Positions 54,777-64,000 of a DNA stretch of 64,000 nucleotides are shown here, one piece after another. Source of the stretch: Bdellovibrionales bacterium. Its GTDB lineage: Bacteria; Bdellovibrionota; Bdellovibrionia; Bdellovibrionales; UBA1609. The DNA is taken from NCBI GenBank assembly GCA_965219095.1, contig OZ244719.1:352001-416000 (forward strand), given 5' to 3'. Positions within the stretch are counted from its first letter, which is position 1. The number at the start of each line of letters is the position of its first letter. Under the pieces are notes generated by a model. That model ran no database searches. It was not told the origin of the DNA and saw only the letters and a program-made list of their open reading frames with translations. The position numbers and the translations under genes are program-made.

Positions 54777-56711
54777 CTAAAGTTTTTTCGTTTTTATAGA
54801 AACTTTAGATTTTCGAAAAGAAGGCTTAGTTTTTTGTTTAACAGAGTGTCTAGAGGTCAAAAGAGGTGAGGATTCGTAAACCATCACATTGATCCCTTCT
54901 TGTTCGATAAACAAAACCTCATTGTAGAAACTCTCTCTACCCTCATGGGAGGGAAAAAATAGAGATAGGTTATGAAAACCTAAGCTGAGATCTGTCAATA
55001 AAAACCCTTTTGCATTAGGAGAATCTTTCGAAACCACCTCTCCCTGAGAGTTAAACAAGATCATCTCACCCTTATGAGGTGTTCCATCTAAAAAGAGTTC
55101 AAAAAACTGCTCCCGTTCAAACAAACCCATAAACAAACCCTCATGACTTTTGAGGGATATGTTTTTCTGTAATAAAATGTTTTTTAGCCAATGTTTTGAA
55201 ATAAGCGGTATTTTTATAGAAAACCTTTTTTTAAGAACATTCATATGAGTGATCTCATAGCCCTGTTTTTGAGTCGTTATAAGTCTATCTCCCGATCCTA
55301 TAGGAAGGGAAACAAAAATATCCTTCTTCTCTGATGTTTTAAGCTCAAGTTCTTCACCTAAAAAATCCACCTTAGCTTTTTTTAAGCTCTTATCAAAAGG
55401 ATCGTAAGCTGCTATTCCTATAGGTATTTTTTGTCTTTGTTCTAAATTAACTAAAGAAACAGTGTCCACCTGACAAAATACCGTTTTAACAGAAAAAACC
55501 TTACTCCCTCTAAAACCTCTTATAGGGCAAAGTCCTTGTCTGTCTGTTATAAAAACAAAAAACCCGTTCTGAGACGTAGTATTTCTTTCAAAGTCAGGAG
55601 AAAAACCCGTAAAATAAATAGGCTTATCGTAAGAACCTCCCATCTCTACAGTTACTCCTTCTTGAGGTACTCCCTCCGCCACAACACGCCCCCAAACAAT
55701 AGAGACTTGCGATGTTTTAGGATTTTGCAGAACTTGATTCAACAAGGCCTCTACAAATTGATCAGAAAGCATTTCAGCATAATGAAACTCACCAGATCTT
55801 CCAAAGCTCAAGTGTCCCCACTTTTGAGATCTTCCTCTTAGTGACAAAAAGTAAGATGATCCTAACTGAAGGCTATCAAAGAGGAAAGGAGCTGAAGTTT
55901 TAAGGTAAATGAAGTTATCAGAAAAAGGCCAAACAGAGGCTTTTGTTATTTTTTGCTCCTTATCCTTAATTTTCACAAATCCCTTTACCCCTAAAGACGG
56001 CTTTATTTCTAAAGGTTTAGTGTTTTGCAAGTCTTTCTGGCCACGAGCTAAAACATAACCCTTAGAATTAAAAATCTCTACAACTAAATCACCAAAAGGT
56101 TGTTTTAATTTTATGTCATAGTGAGGGTAATGAGACGACACGATGGCTTCTTCATAAATCCGTCCCTCAAACTCTCTTCTTATGGAGATCAAACTGTCTT
56201 TTTTTGAAAGCCAAGAGGGCCATAGCACAGTTCCTGAAGCTATAAATTGTCTGGTTTTCTTTTTTAATTGATTTTTATGGAAAAATCTGAAGCCTTGAGG
56301 AAGTTTCTTTTTTTGGTTTTTTTCATAAGATAACATGCTAGTTTTTATCTTAGGAAGGGAAACTGGCAAGGAAACTAGTTTTTTTCCTTTTCTTGAAAGA
56401 AAAGGGGTTTTATTAGAAGACCATATTTTTGATGCCTTCTTGTTAAGATAAGGATGAGACTTTTTCAAGGAAACAACTACCACAGGCTCATAAGCAGAAC
56501 TTAAAATCTCTTTTTGAAAAGTTTTAACGTCTTCTATCCATTGAGGCTTTATCAATAAAGATTGAGATTCCTTGTGAGCTAACCCCACTAAGGAGTTTTC
56601 AAGATTATAAACTCTCATAAGAGAAGCTAAACCTCTTGTTTCAGTAAAAAAAGTTTTGAATTGTAGAGAAGGTGCTACCAACACTGAAATTAAAACGATA
56701 AAAAAGATCAT
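54777..56711 (-). CDS. Hypothetical membrane-anchored protein
   Basis: 644-aa ORF with N-terminal hydrophobic segment. Confidence 0.7.
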   Translation of the reverse strand: MIFFIVLISVLVAPSLQFKTFFTETRGLASLMRVYNLENSLVGLAHKESQSLLIKPQWIEDVKTFQKEILSSAYEPVVVVSLKKSHPYLNKKASKIWSSNKTPFLSRKGKKLVSLPVSLPKIKTSMLSYEKNQKKKLPQGFRFFHKNQLKKKTRQFIASGTVLWPSWLSKKDSLISIRREFEGRIYEEAIVSSHYPHYDIKLKQPFGDLVVEIFNSKGYVLARGQKDLQNTKPLEIKPSLGVKGFVKIKDKEQKITKASVWPFSDNFIYLKTSAPFLFDSLQLGSSYFLSLRGRSQKWGHLSFGRSGEFHYAEMLSDQFVEALLNQVLQNPKTSQVSIVWGRVVAEGVPQEGVTVEMGGSYDKPIYFTGFSPDFERNTTSQNGFFVFITDRQGLCPIRGFRGSKVFSVKTVFCQVDTVSLVNLEQRQKIPIGIAAYDPFDKSLKKAKVDFLGEELELKTSEKKDIFVSLPIGSGDRLITTQKQGYEITHMNVLKKRFSIKIPLISKHWLKNILLQKNISLKSHEGLFMGLFEREQFFELFLDGTPHKGEMILFNSQGEVVSKDSPNAKGFLLTDLSLGFHNLSLFFPSHEGRESFYNEVLFIEQEGINVMVYESSPLLTSRHSVKQKTKPSFRKSKVSIKTKKL

Positions 56712-56748
56712 ACTACCCCCCTTTCCATAAAACTTAAAGCCTTATCAT

Positions 56749-57399
56749 CTACACACCAGCATCTTTTAAAAATTGCTCCAAACCTTTTTGTGTTAAAGGA
56801 TGTTGAATCAGTTGTGTTAAAACTTTTAAAGGCAGAGTAACCATATCAGCTCCTATTAAGGCGACTTTTAAGATATGAAGAGGATGGCGGACACTGGCTG
56901 CTAAAACTTTTGTGGAGAAGTCATAGTTTTTTATAAGAGTGGCAATATCTTGCACAAGCTGAACTCCCTCATAAGTGATGTCATCTAAACGACCCACAAA
57001 GGGGGAGACAAAACAAGCCCCTGCCTTAGCTGCAAGTAAAGCTTGAAGGGGGGAGAAGATCAAAGTCATGTTAGTTCGAATGTTATCCCTAGAAAGACGA
57101 GCTACCGCTTTGAGTCCTTCCTCGCCCATAGGAATTTTTACTACTACCTTCTGAGGGTCACACTTATAAAGCTCTACACCTTCTTTGAACATACCTTCAG
57201 CCTTTGTGGAGATCACCTCTGCTGAAATGTTATCCTTCACAATTTTACAGATTTCTTTAATATGTGCATGCTGATCTTTTATAGATTGAATTCCTATTTT
57301 CTTCATAAGAGAAGGATTAGTGGTCACTCCATCGATTAAACCCATACTTTGGGCCTGTTTTATTTCTGAAATATCAGCTGAATCCAAAAAAATTTGCAT
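56749..57399 (-). CDS. fsa: Transaldolase / fructose-6-phosphate aldolase
   Basis: FLDSAD, GVTTNPSL, VVKIP, VSPFVGRLDD, AASVRHP. Confidence 0.9.
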   Translation of the reverse strand: MQIFLDSADISEIKQAQSMGLIDGVTTNPSLMKKIGIQSIKDQHAHIKEICKIVKDNISAEVISTKAEGMFKEGVELYKCDPQKVVVKIPMGEEGLKAVARLSRDNIRTNMTLIFSPLQALLAAKAGACFVSPFVGRLDDITYEGVQLVQDIATLIKNYDFSTKVLAASVRHPLHILKVALIGADMVTLPLKVLTQLIQHPLTQKGLEQFLKDAGV

Positions 57400-57636
57400 T
57401 ATGACTAAAATCTAGCATAACTTTTTTAGGAATGCAAACTTTCTTTAAGAGTTCCTACTGTAATTTTTTAGTACTCTTTTTTATCATAATTTTGCTATAA
57501 GGAATTCTTTAGTCAAGACATTTCATAGGTCTGTTTTTTAACTTCAAACTCAGTTTTCTTTGAATTTTTACGGGTCAACATCCTTAAATCAGATTCTTTG
57601 GAAAATGCACTTTAACTCTGCCAAATTAAACCCTCG

Positions 57637-57691
57637 TAACCTTGGAAAACTGCCAGAACCTCCGGGAACCCACAGATTCTTTTGAGGAGGC
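57637..57691 (+). repeat. Orphan ISL3 right-end fragment
   Basis: Exact match to the last 55 bp of ISL3. Confidence 0.85.
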
Positions 57692-57915
57692 AAAAATATT
57701 GTAGGTATGCTCAAAAAAAGCAAATTGACTTCATTTTATTGTCTTCCTTTATAAAATGTAGTCAATTTGCTTTCAGTTTGAGAAATCCTCCCCCTTTTCC
57801 AATCTCCCATTTAAGACCTCATAATCCATTTTTTAGAAAAAAACAGGGGTTTTAAATATTTAGGAAGAAACAGTTGCTATAAAACATTGGAAGATTCTTT
57901 GTCATCATGCTTTTC

Positions 57916-58209
57916 CTATCTTTGAACAAAAAAATCTTCTACCTTAATCGACATTTTATCATTTGATTTCTTCCTATGGTTTTCATATGATAAAACAGAT
58001 CCTGTTTTATTATCTACATACAGGCCTGTTTCTGCTATAACATTGATTCTCTTGGGAAGTCTCTTGAGTTCAGGCCTTATATCAGAAGCCAGTACGTTGT
58101 CTCCTTCTTTGTAATGTCTGCCAAGAAACCAAAACTCTGGATCTACCCCAGAATGACCCTTGTATGTATGTTTTCGTTTTTTTCTTTCTCTTGTTGCTGA
58201 AATATTCAT
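57916..58209 (-). CDS. Small hypothetical protein, paralogue A
   Basis: RBS AAGGAGG; shares motifs with 58558..58818. Confidence 0.7.
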   Translation of the reverse strand: MNISATRERKKRKHTYKGHSGVDPEFWFLGRHYKEGDNVLASDIRPELKRLPKRINVIAETGLYVDNKTGSVLSYENHRKKSNDKMSIKVEDFFVQR

Positions 58210-58557
58210 GTCAACCTCCTTTAGTTTTTATATTACTTTTCTTTGGTACCCTTCTGTAAACCTCCTTTCGAAGCACCTGTATAACTAAATTTAGTTTATT
58301 ATTTATAAAAAAGCAATGAAAAACTTTACATTTAAGACTAAATCTTTTACAAAATCGTTCAAACTCCTTTTGTTTTTGATTTTTTATATTTTCTGTAAGA
58401 ACTTTAAGAAAGATTCTTAGCTAATAATTTAAAAAAATGAAATTTTTTTAAGATTTTTCCATCCTCTTTCTTCGGCCATAAGTTGCCAATAGCCCAAAAA
58501 AGAGGAGGAAAAATAGAGTTTATAGAGAAACGACAATTCTTAGAAAAGGTCCTTTCT

Positions 58558-58818
58558 TTAGCTCAGAAAATCATTGATTTTAAACTTTATATCATCTTTG
58601 AGATGAGCTGAGTACCTATTGTAGTACAAGCTTGATTCTTCCTCGTCTAAATAAAGACCAGCATCTGAGAGTTCTCGGATTCTACCATTGTCTTCTGTGT
58701 CATGATTTTTGTTGCTTAAAGCATTTATATCCCATGACTCAGGATCCATTCTCGAAAAACTCTTAAAAGTATTTTTTCTTTTTATTTTTCTTTCTTTGGT
58801 TTTATTTGATTTTTTCAT
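58558..58818 (-). CDS. Small hypothetical protein, paralogue B (ORF open from 58920)
   Basis: RBS AAGGAGG before ATG at 58818; shared motifs. Confidence 0.7.
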   Translation of the reverse strand: MKKSNKTKERKIKRKNTFKSFSRMDPESWDINALSNKNHDTEDNGRIRELSDAGLYLDEEESSLYYNRYSAHLKDDIKFKINDFLS

Positions 58819-59210
58819 GTGACCTCCTTTTTGTTTTTGATTATTTGCACTCTTTTTGCCTTCTTCCTTCATTTTTTTGTCTCCTTTCTTGTTTTGTTCG
58901 AAAAGCTTCTTTGCTATCAAACTTAAATAAAGATAGTTTATTAAATGAAAAATGTCAAGGAAAAATTTATTTTTAAGGGTTTTGTATAATTTTTATACAC
59001 GGAAAGTGATTTCTTTTGAGGCAGAGCATTTTGATTTTATAAAAAAGAAAGTCAGTCCTTTGTCTAGGTTTTCAAGGTCTTTATCTCAATATGATAAGCT
59101 TTTGTCTATTCTTAAAACATAGTCTTGTGTTTTTTTTTGACTCATTTCATAATAAAAACAGGTATAAAGGATAATCCACCGAGCTTTAGACAATAAATAA
59201 TGAAGGCTAT

Positions 59211-59238
59211 TAAAGCCTAAAAGTCCTTTGGCCGATAG
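59211..59238 (+). promoter_or_regulatory. Possible FliA (sigma28) promoter of pilin
   Basis: TAAA-N16-GCCGATAG. Confidence 0.45.
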
Positions 59239-59276
59239 GAATAAAGTAATAAAAAAATAAAAGGAGGAATAATAGT

Positions 59277-59777
59277 ATGAAAAAAATACAAAAAATAAAA
59301 AAACAAAAGGGGTTCTCGCTCATCGAGTTGATGGTTGTTGTAGCCATTATAGGAATTCTTGCAGCAGTTGCCATTCCTGCATTCGATGGGTTTAGAAAAA
59401 AAGCACGAAGCGGTGAAGCTAAAACTAACTTAGGGGCTCTTTATACAGCAGAAAAAGCTTTTCAGTATGAAAGCACAGGGTATTGCCATAATCTTAACAT
59501 CATAGGTTTTGATAAACCTGATGGAGCAACCCATTACACAATTGGCTTTAATACTGCACTTACAACACTACCGTCAGGGTGTGTGACAGGTGGAGCAAGT
59601 GATCTGGCACATGAAAATACTGTAGGCACGAAAACTTCAGCTATTGCAAGAGCAGCATGTAAAATAGATAATAGTGTGAATCCCCAGAAATTTACAGCTT
59701 GTGCAGAGGGGAACTCAGGCCAAACCAGTGTTCAGAAATGGGAAATCAAGCAAGACAAAATATTAACAGCATATTAA
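59277..59777 (+). CDS. pilA: Type IVa pilin
   Basis: KG|FSLIELMVVVAIIGILAAVAIP prepilin site; paired Cys. Confidence 0.85.
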   Translation: MKKIQKIKKQKGFSLIELMVVVAIIGILAAVAIPAFDGFRKKARSGEAKTNLGALYTAEKAFQYESTGYCHNLNIIGFDKPDGATHYTIGFNTALTTLPSGCVTGGASDLAHENTVGTKTSAIARAACKIDNSVNPQKFTACAEGNSGQTSVQKWEIKQDKILTAY

Positions 59778-59802
59778 CTTTCTAAGTTTAAAAAACTTTT
59801 CT

Positions 59803-59838
59803 TAAAACCCTCTTTTTTTAGAGAGGGTTTTAATTTTT
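59803..59838 (+). terminator. Intrinsic terminator after pilin
   Basis: TAAAACCCTCT-loop-AGAGGGTTTTA followed by T-rich tract. Confidence 0.7.
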
Positions 59839-60037
59839 ACTTTCAAAAAATCCCTTAAACTTTCCACTGCTAGAACTTCTTTCACGCTCTACTTTATGAG
59901 TGATATCTTAGCTATTTTAGTGAGAAGTCGTGATTTCCGTCGTGAGTTTTTCATTCCAAGTGTTCCTGCTAGAATTCTTTTTTTAAATTTTAAAAAATTT
60001 TAAAATTCAACTACCAGTATCCTTTTGATCCTAAAGT

Positions 60038-61237
60038 TCATTTTGTCTGTAAAGACGTCGTGATCTGTCGTGATGGAGATGAACCTAAAGAGTTCATTTC
60101 ATACATCTGAGCTGTTTTTTCTGCCATATCCGAGTTAATGAGAGCCACCACTTTTGCATACCTTTGAGTCATAGCTTGATCCTTATGCCCAAGACTTGCT
60201 TGGACAGCTGAGAGGCTTTTTGTCGCCATTAAAGCCATTGTGGCATAAGTATGACGGCAAATATGAGTTCCTCTCCAAGGAAGATTGCAGGTCTTAAAAG
60301 ACTTATCAAAGGCCCAACGAATGGTAGTGTAAGGAACGACCTTTCCTTCTGAAGAGTAAAACACAAGAGGATTATTAGATTCCTCTTTCATTTCATACAA
60401 AAGCTCTATGAGCTTTTCAGGAAGAGTTAAAACTCTTACAGAAGTCTTAGTCTTTGTGGTTTCTAGAATTTGAGGTTTTTCAGAAGACCAGTCAGCTGTT
60501 CTAACAACTCTTGCAAAACGATTCTTAAAATCAATTTCACTCCACATAAGTCCACAAGCTTCACTTACTCTCGCTCCTGTTAAAATCATAAACTGAGCTA
60601 AACGGTAATAAACAGGGTTTTGAATCTTCTTAAGTTCGTTAAGCCAAGCCCTCACCTCTTCAGGTTTAGCAAAGTAATCTGGCCTTTTCACCTTAGATTC
60701 TCGCTTCTTCACATAACACCGATTTCTATGACCACGAACAATAGGAAAGCTAAAGCTTGGATCAAGGTAGTTTCTCCACCAGTGAAGAACAGAGCCAAGA
60801 CGCCTTAACTCTATTCTAAAAGAATGGCGGTTGACAGTGTTTTTAAAGCTTCTAAAAAGCCAGTCAATCCAAGTGTCAATACTGACATGGTCTATATCTG
60901 ACATTTTTGTTTTTGCTAAAGGACTTTGTAGAAAAAACCTCTCGCAAAGAAGTTGAATCTTCTTTTGACTGGAATCTCTTAAAGTAGGAACATACTCTTT
61001 AAGATACCTTCTCACACAGTCTTCAAAGAAAAGTTCTCTTAACTCTTCTTGAAGAGAAACTCTTCCTTCTTGAAGACGTTTTTTTTCCTTATCGTGCCAT
61101 ATACAGGCTTCTGTTTTTGTTTGAAAGCTTTTTGCTTTCAGACGAATTCCTCTTACATAAATTTCTGCTTGATATGTTATTTTATTTTTCCTTTTACGTT
61201 TGGTTATTGACATGATTTCTCCTTTTGTTGAAGCCAT
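60038..61237 (-). CDS. Tyrosine integrase, intact (probable start 61213)
   Basis: TGARVSE, HICRH, LGH..MTQRY; N-terminal arm-binding-like domain. Confidence 0.92.
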   Translation of the reverse strand: MASTKGEIMSITKRKRKNKITYQAEIYVRGIRLKAKSFQTKTEACIWHDKEKKRLQEGRVSLQEELRELFFEDCVRRYLKEYVPTLRDSSQKKIQLLCERFFLQSPLAKTKMSDIDHVSIDTWIDWLFRSFKNTVNRHSFRIELRRLGSVLHWWRNYLDPSFSFPIVRGHRNRCYVKKRESKVKRPDYFAKPEEVRAWLNELKKIQNPVYYRLAQFMILTGARVSEACGLMWSEIDFKNRFARVVRTADWSSEKPQILETTKTKTSVRVLTLPEKLIELLYEMKEESNNPLVFYSSEGKVVPYTTIRWAFDKSFKTCNLPWRGTHICRHTYATMALMATKSLSAVQASLGHKDQAMTQRYAKVVALINSDMAEKTAQMYEMNSLGSSPSRQITTSLQTK

Positions 61238-61461
61238 CTATGGATACTGTCTTTAAGAAAGTAAGTCCTTCTTCTGAACTGAATAAAGGGGATTTGTCTT
61301 AAACTCACCCAATTTTTAATCGTTCTAGGAGACAGCCCAAACGCTAAGGCTAATTCCTCTACGGTTATTAAATTGTCAAAGAACAGGCCCTTTTTTTGAG
61401 GGCGAATAGTGTTCTCTAAACTACTACCTTTTTTAATTGGTTTCAATTCTTTTTTATCCAT
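61204..61461 (-). CDS. Excisionase-like HTH protein
   Basis: Paralogue of 25757..26032. Confidence 0.8.
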   Translation of the reverse strand: MDKKELKPIKKGSSLENTIRPQKKGLFFDNLITVEELALAFGLSPRTIKNWVSLRQIPFIQFRRRTYFLKDSIHRWLQQKEKSCQ

Positions 61462-61782
61462 TTTTTTCTCCTTTCAAAATATGGCGAAGAAGCTTAAAAA
61501 ACTTCCTCATTTGGTTTCTTCTAAGAACTCTGACTTTTCCTCACTGAATATGATGAATTTACGCACTCAAAAAAGTGTCGTAAATTTTACTTTTCTTGCT
61601 TTGCATTATGCTACTCCTTTCATGATTGATTTGTTATTTGTTTTTTGACCTTTTTTTTTACTCCTTTCTCGGCCATTAAAAAAACTCAAGTTAAACTTAA
61701 AAAAACAAAAATTTTTTAACCTGATAGAGAAAATTTTTAATTTAAAAGTTCTAAAAATTTTCTCTATTTTTTCCTCCTCTCA

Positions 61783-61946
61783 CACCCCCCTTTCCTCTTC
61801 CCACATCTATACACCCAACTCTGTGGTACCGTGACCACCCTCTCCCATACTAAAAAAAGTATGAGCGGGAGAGGGTGGTCACGGTGAAAACCGAAGGTTT
61901 TAGCAGAGTTGGGTGTATAAAGACAAAGGGAAAAGGAAAGGGGGTG
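61783..61946. other. 164-nt GC-rich nested inverted-repeat structure
   Basis: Three nested stems plus side hairpin. Confidence 0.85.
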
Positions 61947-62145
61947 CATGCAAGACATGTTTTTAGCACTATAAGAAAATTCCAGAATTTTTTTAAAACT
62001 ACTCATAAAGCTCACTCCTTTAAGCTAAAAATTTGAAACAAATCTTGTGAGGTTTTGATCTTATCAATGAGTACAGCCTGACCTACTTTTAAGCTCTTAA
62101 AAACATCATGTTCGATCTTCATTTTTTTGGTCTCCAAAAGATTCC

Positions 62146-62748
62146 CTAAGCCTGTTTTTTTAAGTTCCCCAGAATGCGTTCACTGACCTGAAAACTCCTA
62201 CCTACAGTGCCCCTAGTGACAGCTGTAAAAGCCCATTTTTCGAGAGTCCTCTTCACATCTTGTCGAAGTATGATTTTAGTGGCCGCACTTCCCAACACTT
62301 GATTGCTAAAACTCTGACTTACAACATTTAAATCAGCTAAGCCTTGGCAAAATAAGTGAACTCCTGTACCAGCAGATCTTACTTGCTTTAAAAAATCTGA
62401 AAAATCAGGTGTAGCAAAAGATCCAAATTCATCAATCAAGACCCCTAAAAGTAAAGGCTTAAAATCCACTTGTCCTGATTGAATCTGAGAGCTTATAACC
62501 TTTAGATCTTGAACTAGAATTTTACCGATTTTCTTACCTAAAAAACCATAGCTGTTTAAATTCAACTGGAAATAGGCTATTTGATTTTTTTTCATAACAT
62601 CCAGGAGATCGATTTCTTTTTCTTCATGTATAGAGGAGTTTCTAAATTCTGGAGAAGTAAGGGTCTGGATTTGAGCTTTTAAGCTTACAAGGTTTTGAGG
62701 TGCTTCTATCTTCATAAGAACTCTTTTTTTGTTTTTTGCTTCATACAT
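62146..62748 (-). pseudogene. TraD/VirD4 coupling-protein C-terminal fragment
   Basis: LIDEF Walker B, VRSAG..FCQGLADL, KIILRQ; no Walker A. Confidence 0.7.
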
Positions 62749-62852
62749 ACTCCTTTCTTTTTGGTTTTATAAAAAGGACTCTTTTATAAAACCTTTTGCT
62801 ACAATAAAGTTTTAAATGAAAAAAAAGGTTTTTCTTGTTTTTTTTTGAAAAG

Positions 62853-62984
62853 TTGCATATTTGTTACAAATTTGCTGAATCCGATACATTTGTAACAGAT
62901 CTGTTACAAATGTAACAAATATGCAATTTTGTAACAGATATGTTACATTTGTAACAAATATGCAAATTTATAACAAATATGCAA
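62853..62984. repeat. Array of TGTAACA/TGTTACA boxes
   Basis: Eight cores in direct and inverted orientation. Confidence 0.85.
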
Positions 62985-63207
62985 CATTCAAACAACATTC
63001 AAGTCTGTATTTCTTTCAAACAGATTCTTAAAAACGTGCATATATGAAAACAATAGCTTGGTTTTTAGAGAAATTTAAAGAAAACAGATCAATATCTTTA
63101 CTTTATATTACCTAACTGCTCTTTTAATTTAAAAAAGGTCTTTCTAGGAACCCTCAGGATTCTTGTTTTTTCATTCCGCACCTTTTCTTCTCTTTCTTTA
63201 AGATTTT

Positions 63208-64000
63208 GTAACTGCTCACCTACATTGTTCAGTTATCCCTAACTTTAGACCTGTTTTAAGATAAAAGTCTTGCTCTTACAGATTTTCTTTTAAATACTCT
63301 TTTCAAATGACAATAAATAAGACCTCCATCAGAAATGAGATTGAAAATATAAGAAGTGACTTTGATAAGCTTGCAAAGAAAGGTTCTGTGCCTACTGAGA
63401 TTTCTGTGATTGTTGAATCTCTCTTTAAGGTTGTGAACATTCTGATTGTTGTGTTTTTAGAAAAACAGGTTCGAAAAAATTCCAGCAACAGCGGTCTTCC
63501 TCCTTCGCAAGATTTTAGTCGTCAAGGGAATCGTAATAAGAAAGCTAGTGGGAGTCAGAAAAAGGGCTCTAGACTTGATAACAGTAAAGATACAAACAGT
63601 GAGGAGACTGTCTCTCCCTCAGAGTGTTCTCAGTGTGGGATGTGTTTAAAGACAGCAGAGGTAAAAAGCCTTGAGAAGCGTAAAAAGATTGATATTTTTT
63701 ATGAAATTCAGACCCATACTGTAACTTCTGAAGTTAAGGATTGTCCCTCATGTGGAGCTAGAAATAAAGGTCAATTCCCTAAAGGTATGAGTGGTCCTCT
63801 TCAGTATGGTATAGGCATTAGAGCTTCCATCATCAATTTCATTATAGTTCAGATGCTGTCTTTTCAACGTGTTGGGGAACATTACATGGGGCTTATAGGT
63901 CGAATGATTTCTCCTGCAGTTATGTTGAGATACATTGCTGAATTAGGAGAGTTTCTTAAAAGTTGGGAAGAGCAGATGAAAGAAAAGATACTTGAATCAG
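63208..64000 (+). mobile_element. IS66-family element C, runs off window (transposase from 63307)
   Basis: GTAACTGCTCA end; ORF with KNSSNSGLPPSQD, CxxC pairs, QYG. Confidence 0.85.

Noticed and set aside
62853..62984. CRISPR-like array
   Set aside because: Repeats are short, abutting, in both orientations and lack unique spacers

Overview
AT-rich bacterial chromosome segment; gene content, sigma54/FliA-type promoters and TGTCTCA-type palindromes suggest a Bdellovibrionota-like organism (inference). Housekeeping blocks (glutaryl-CoA and isovaleryl-CoA dehydrogenases, XerD-like recombinase, lipB, dnaE, guaA, prfA, rho, transaldolase/fsa, type IV pilin, tRNA-Leu(TAA), tRNA-Val(GAC)) alternate with a heavy load of insertion sequences, roughly 40% of the window by manual tally. 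The IS families are IS1634 (two types), ISL3, IS630 (two types), IS66 (three types), IS481, IS3 and IS110, many nested or miniaturised. There are three integrative-element remnants: a serine-recombinase island at tRNA-Leu and two related tyrosine-integrase/excisionase mini-elements. One mini-element is bounded by 58-bp direct repeats and carries a secreted ankyrin protein whose repeat variation is almost all nonsynonymous. The other carries a 164-nt GC-rich branched hairpin, a TraD/VirD4 fragment and a TGTAACA repeat array. Other highlights: a 212-bp target duplication by an IS1634 element, a 38-bp ISL3 derivative, a 530-bp MITE, a candidate IS110 bridge-RNA region, a dispersed fixed-start/variable-end repeat, and two unannotated tandem paralogues next to the pilin. 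All calls are by eye; no database searches were run.
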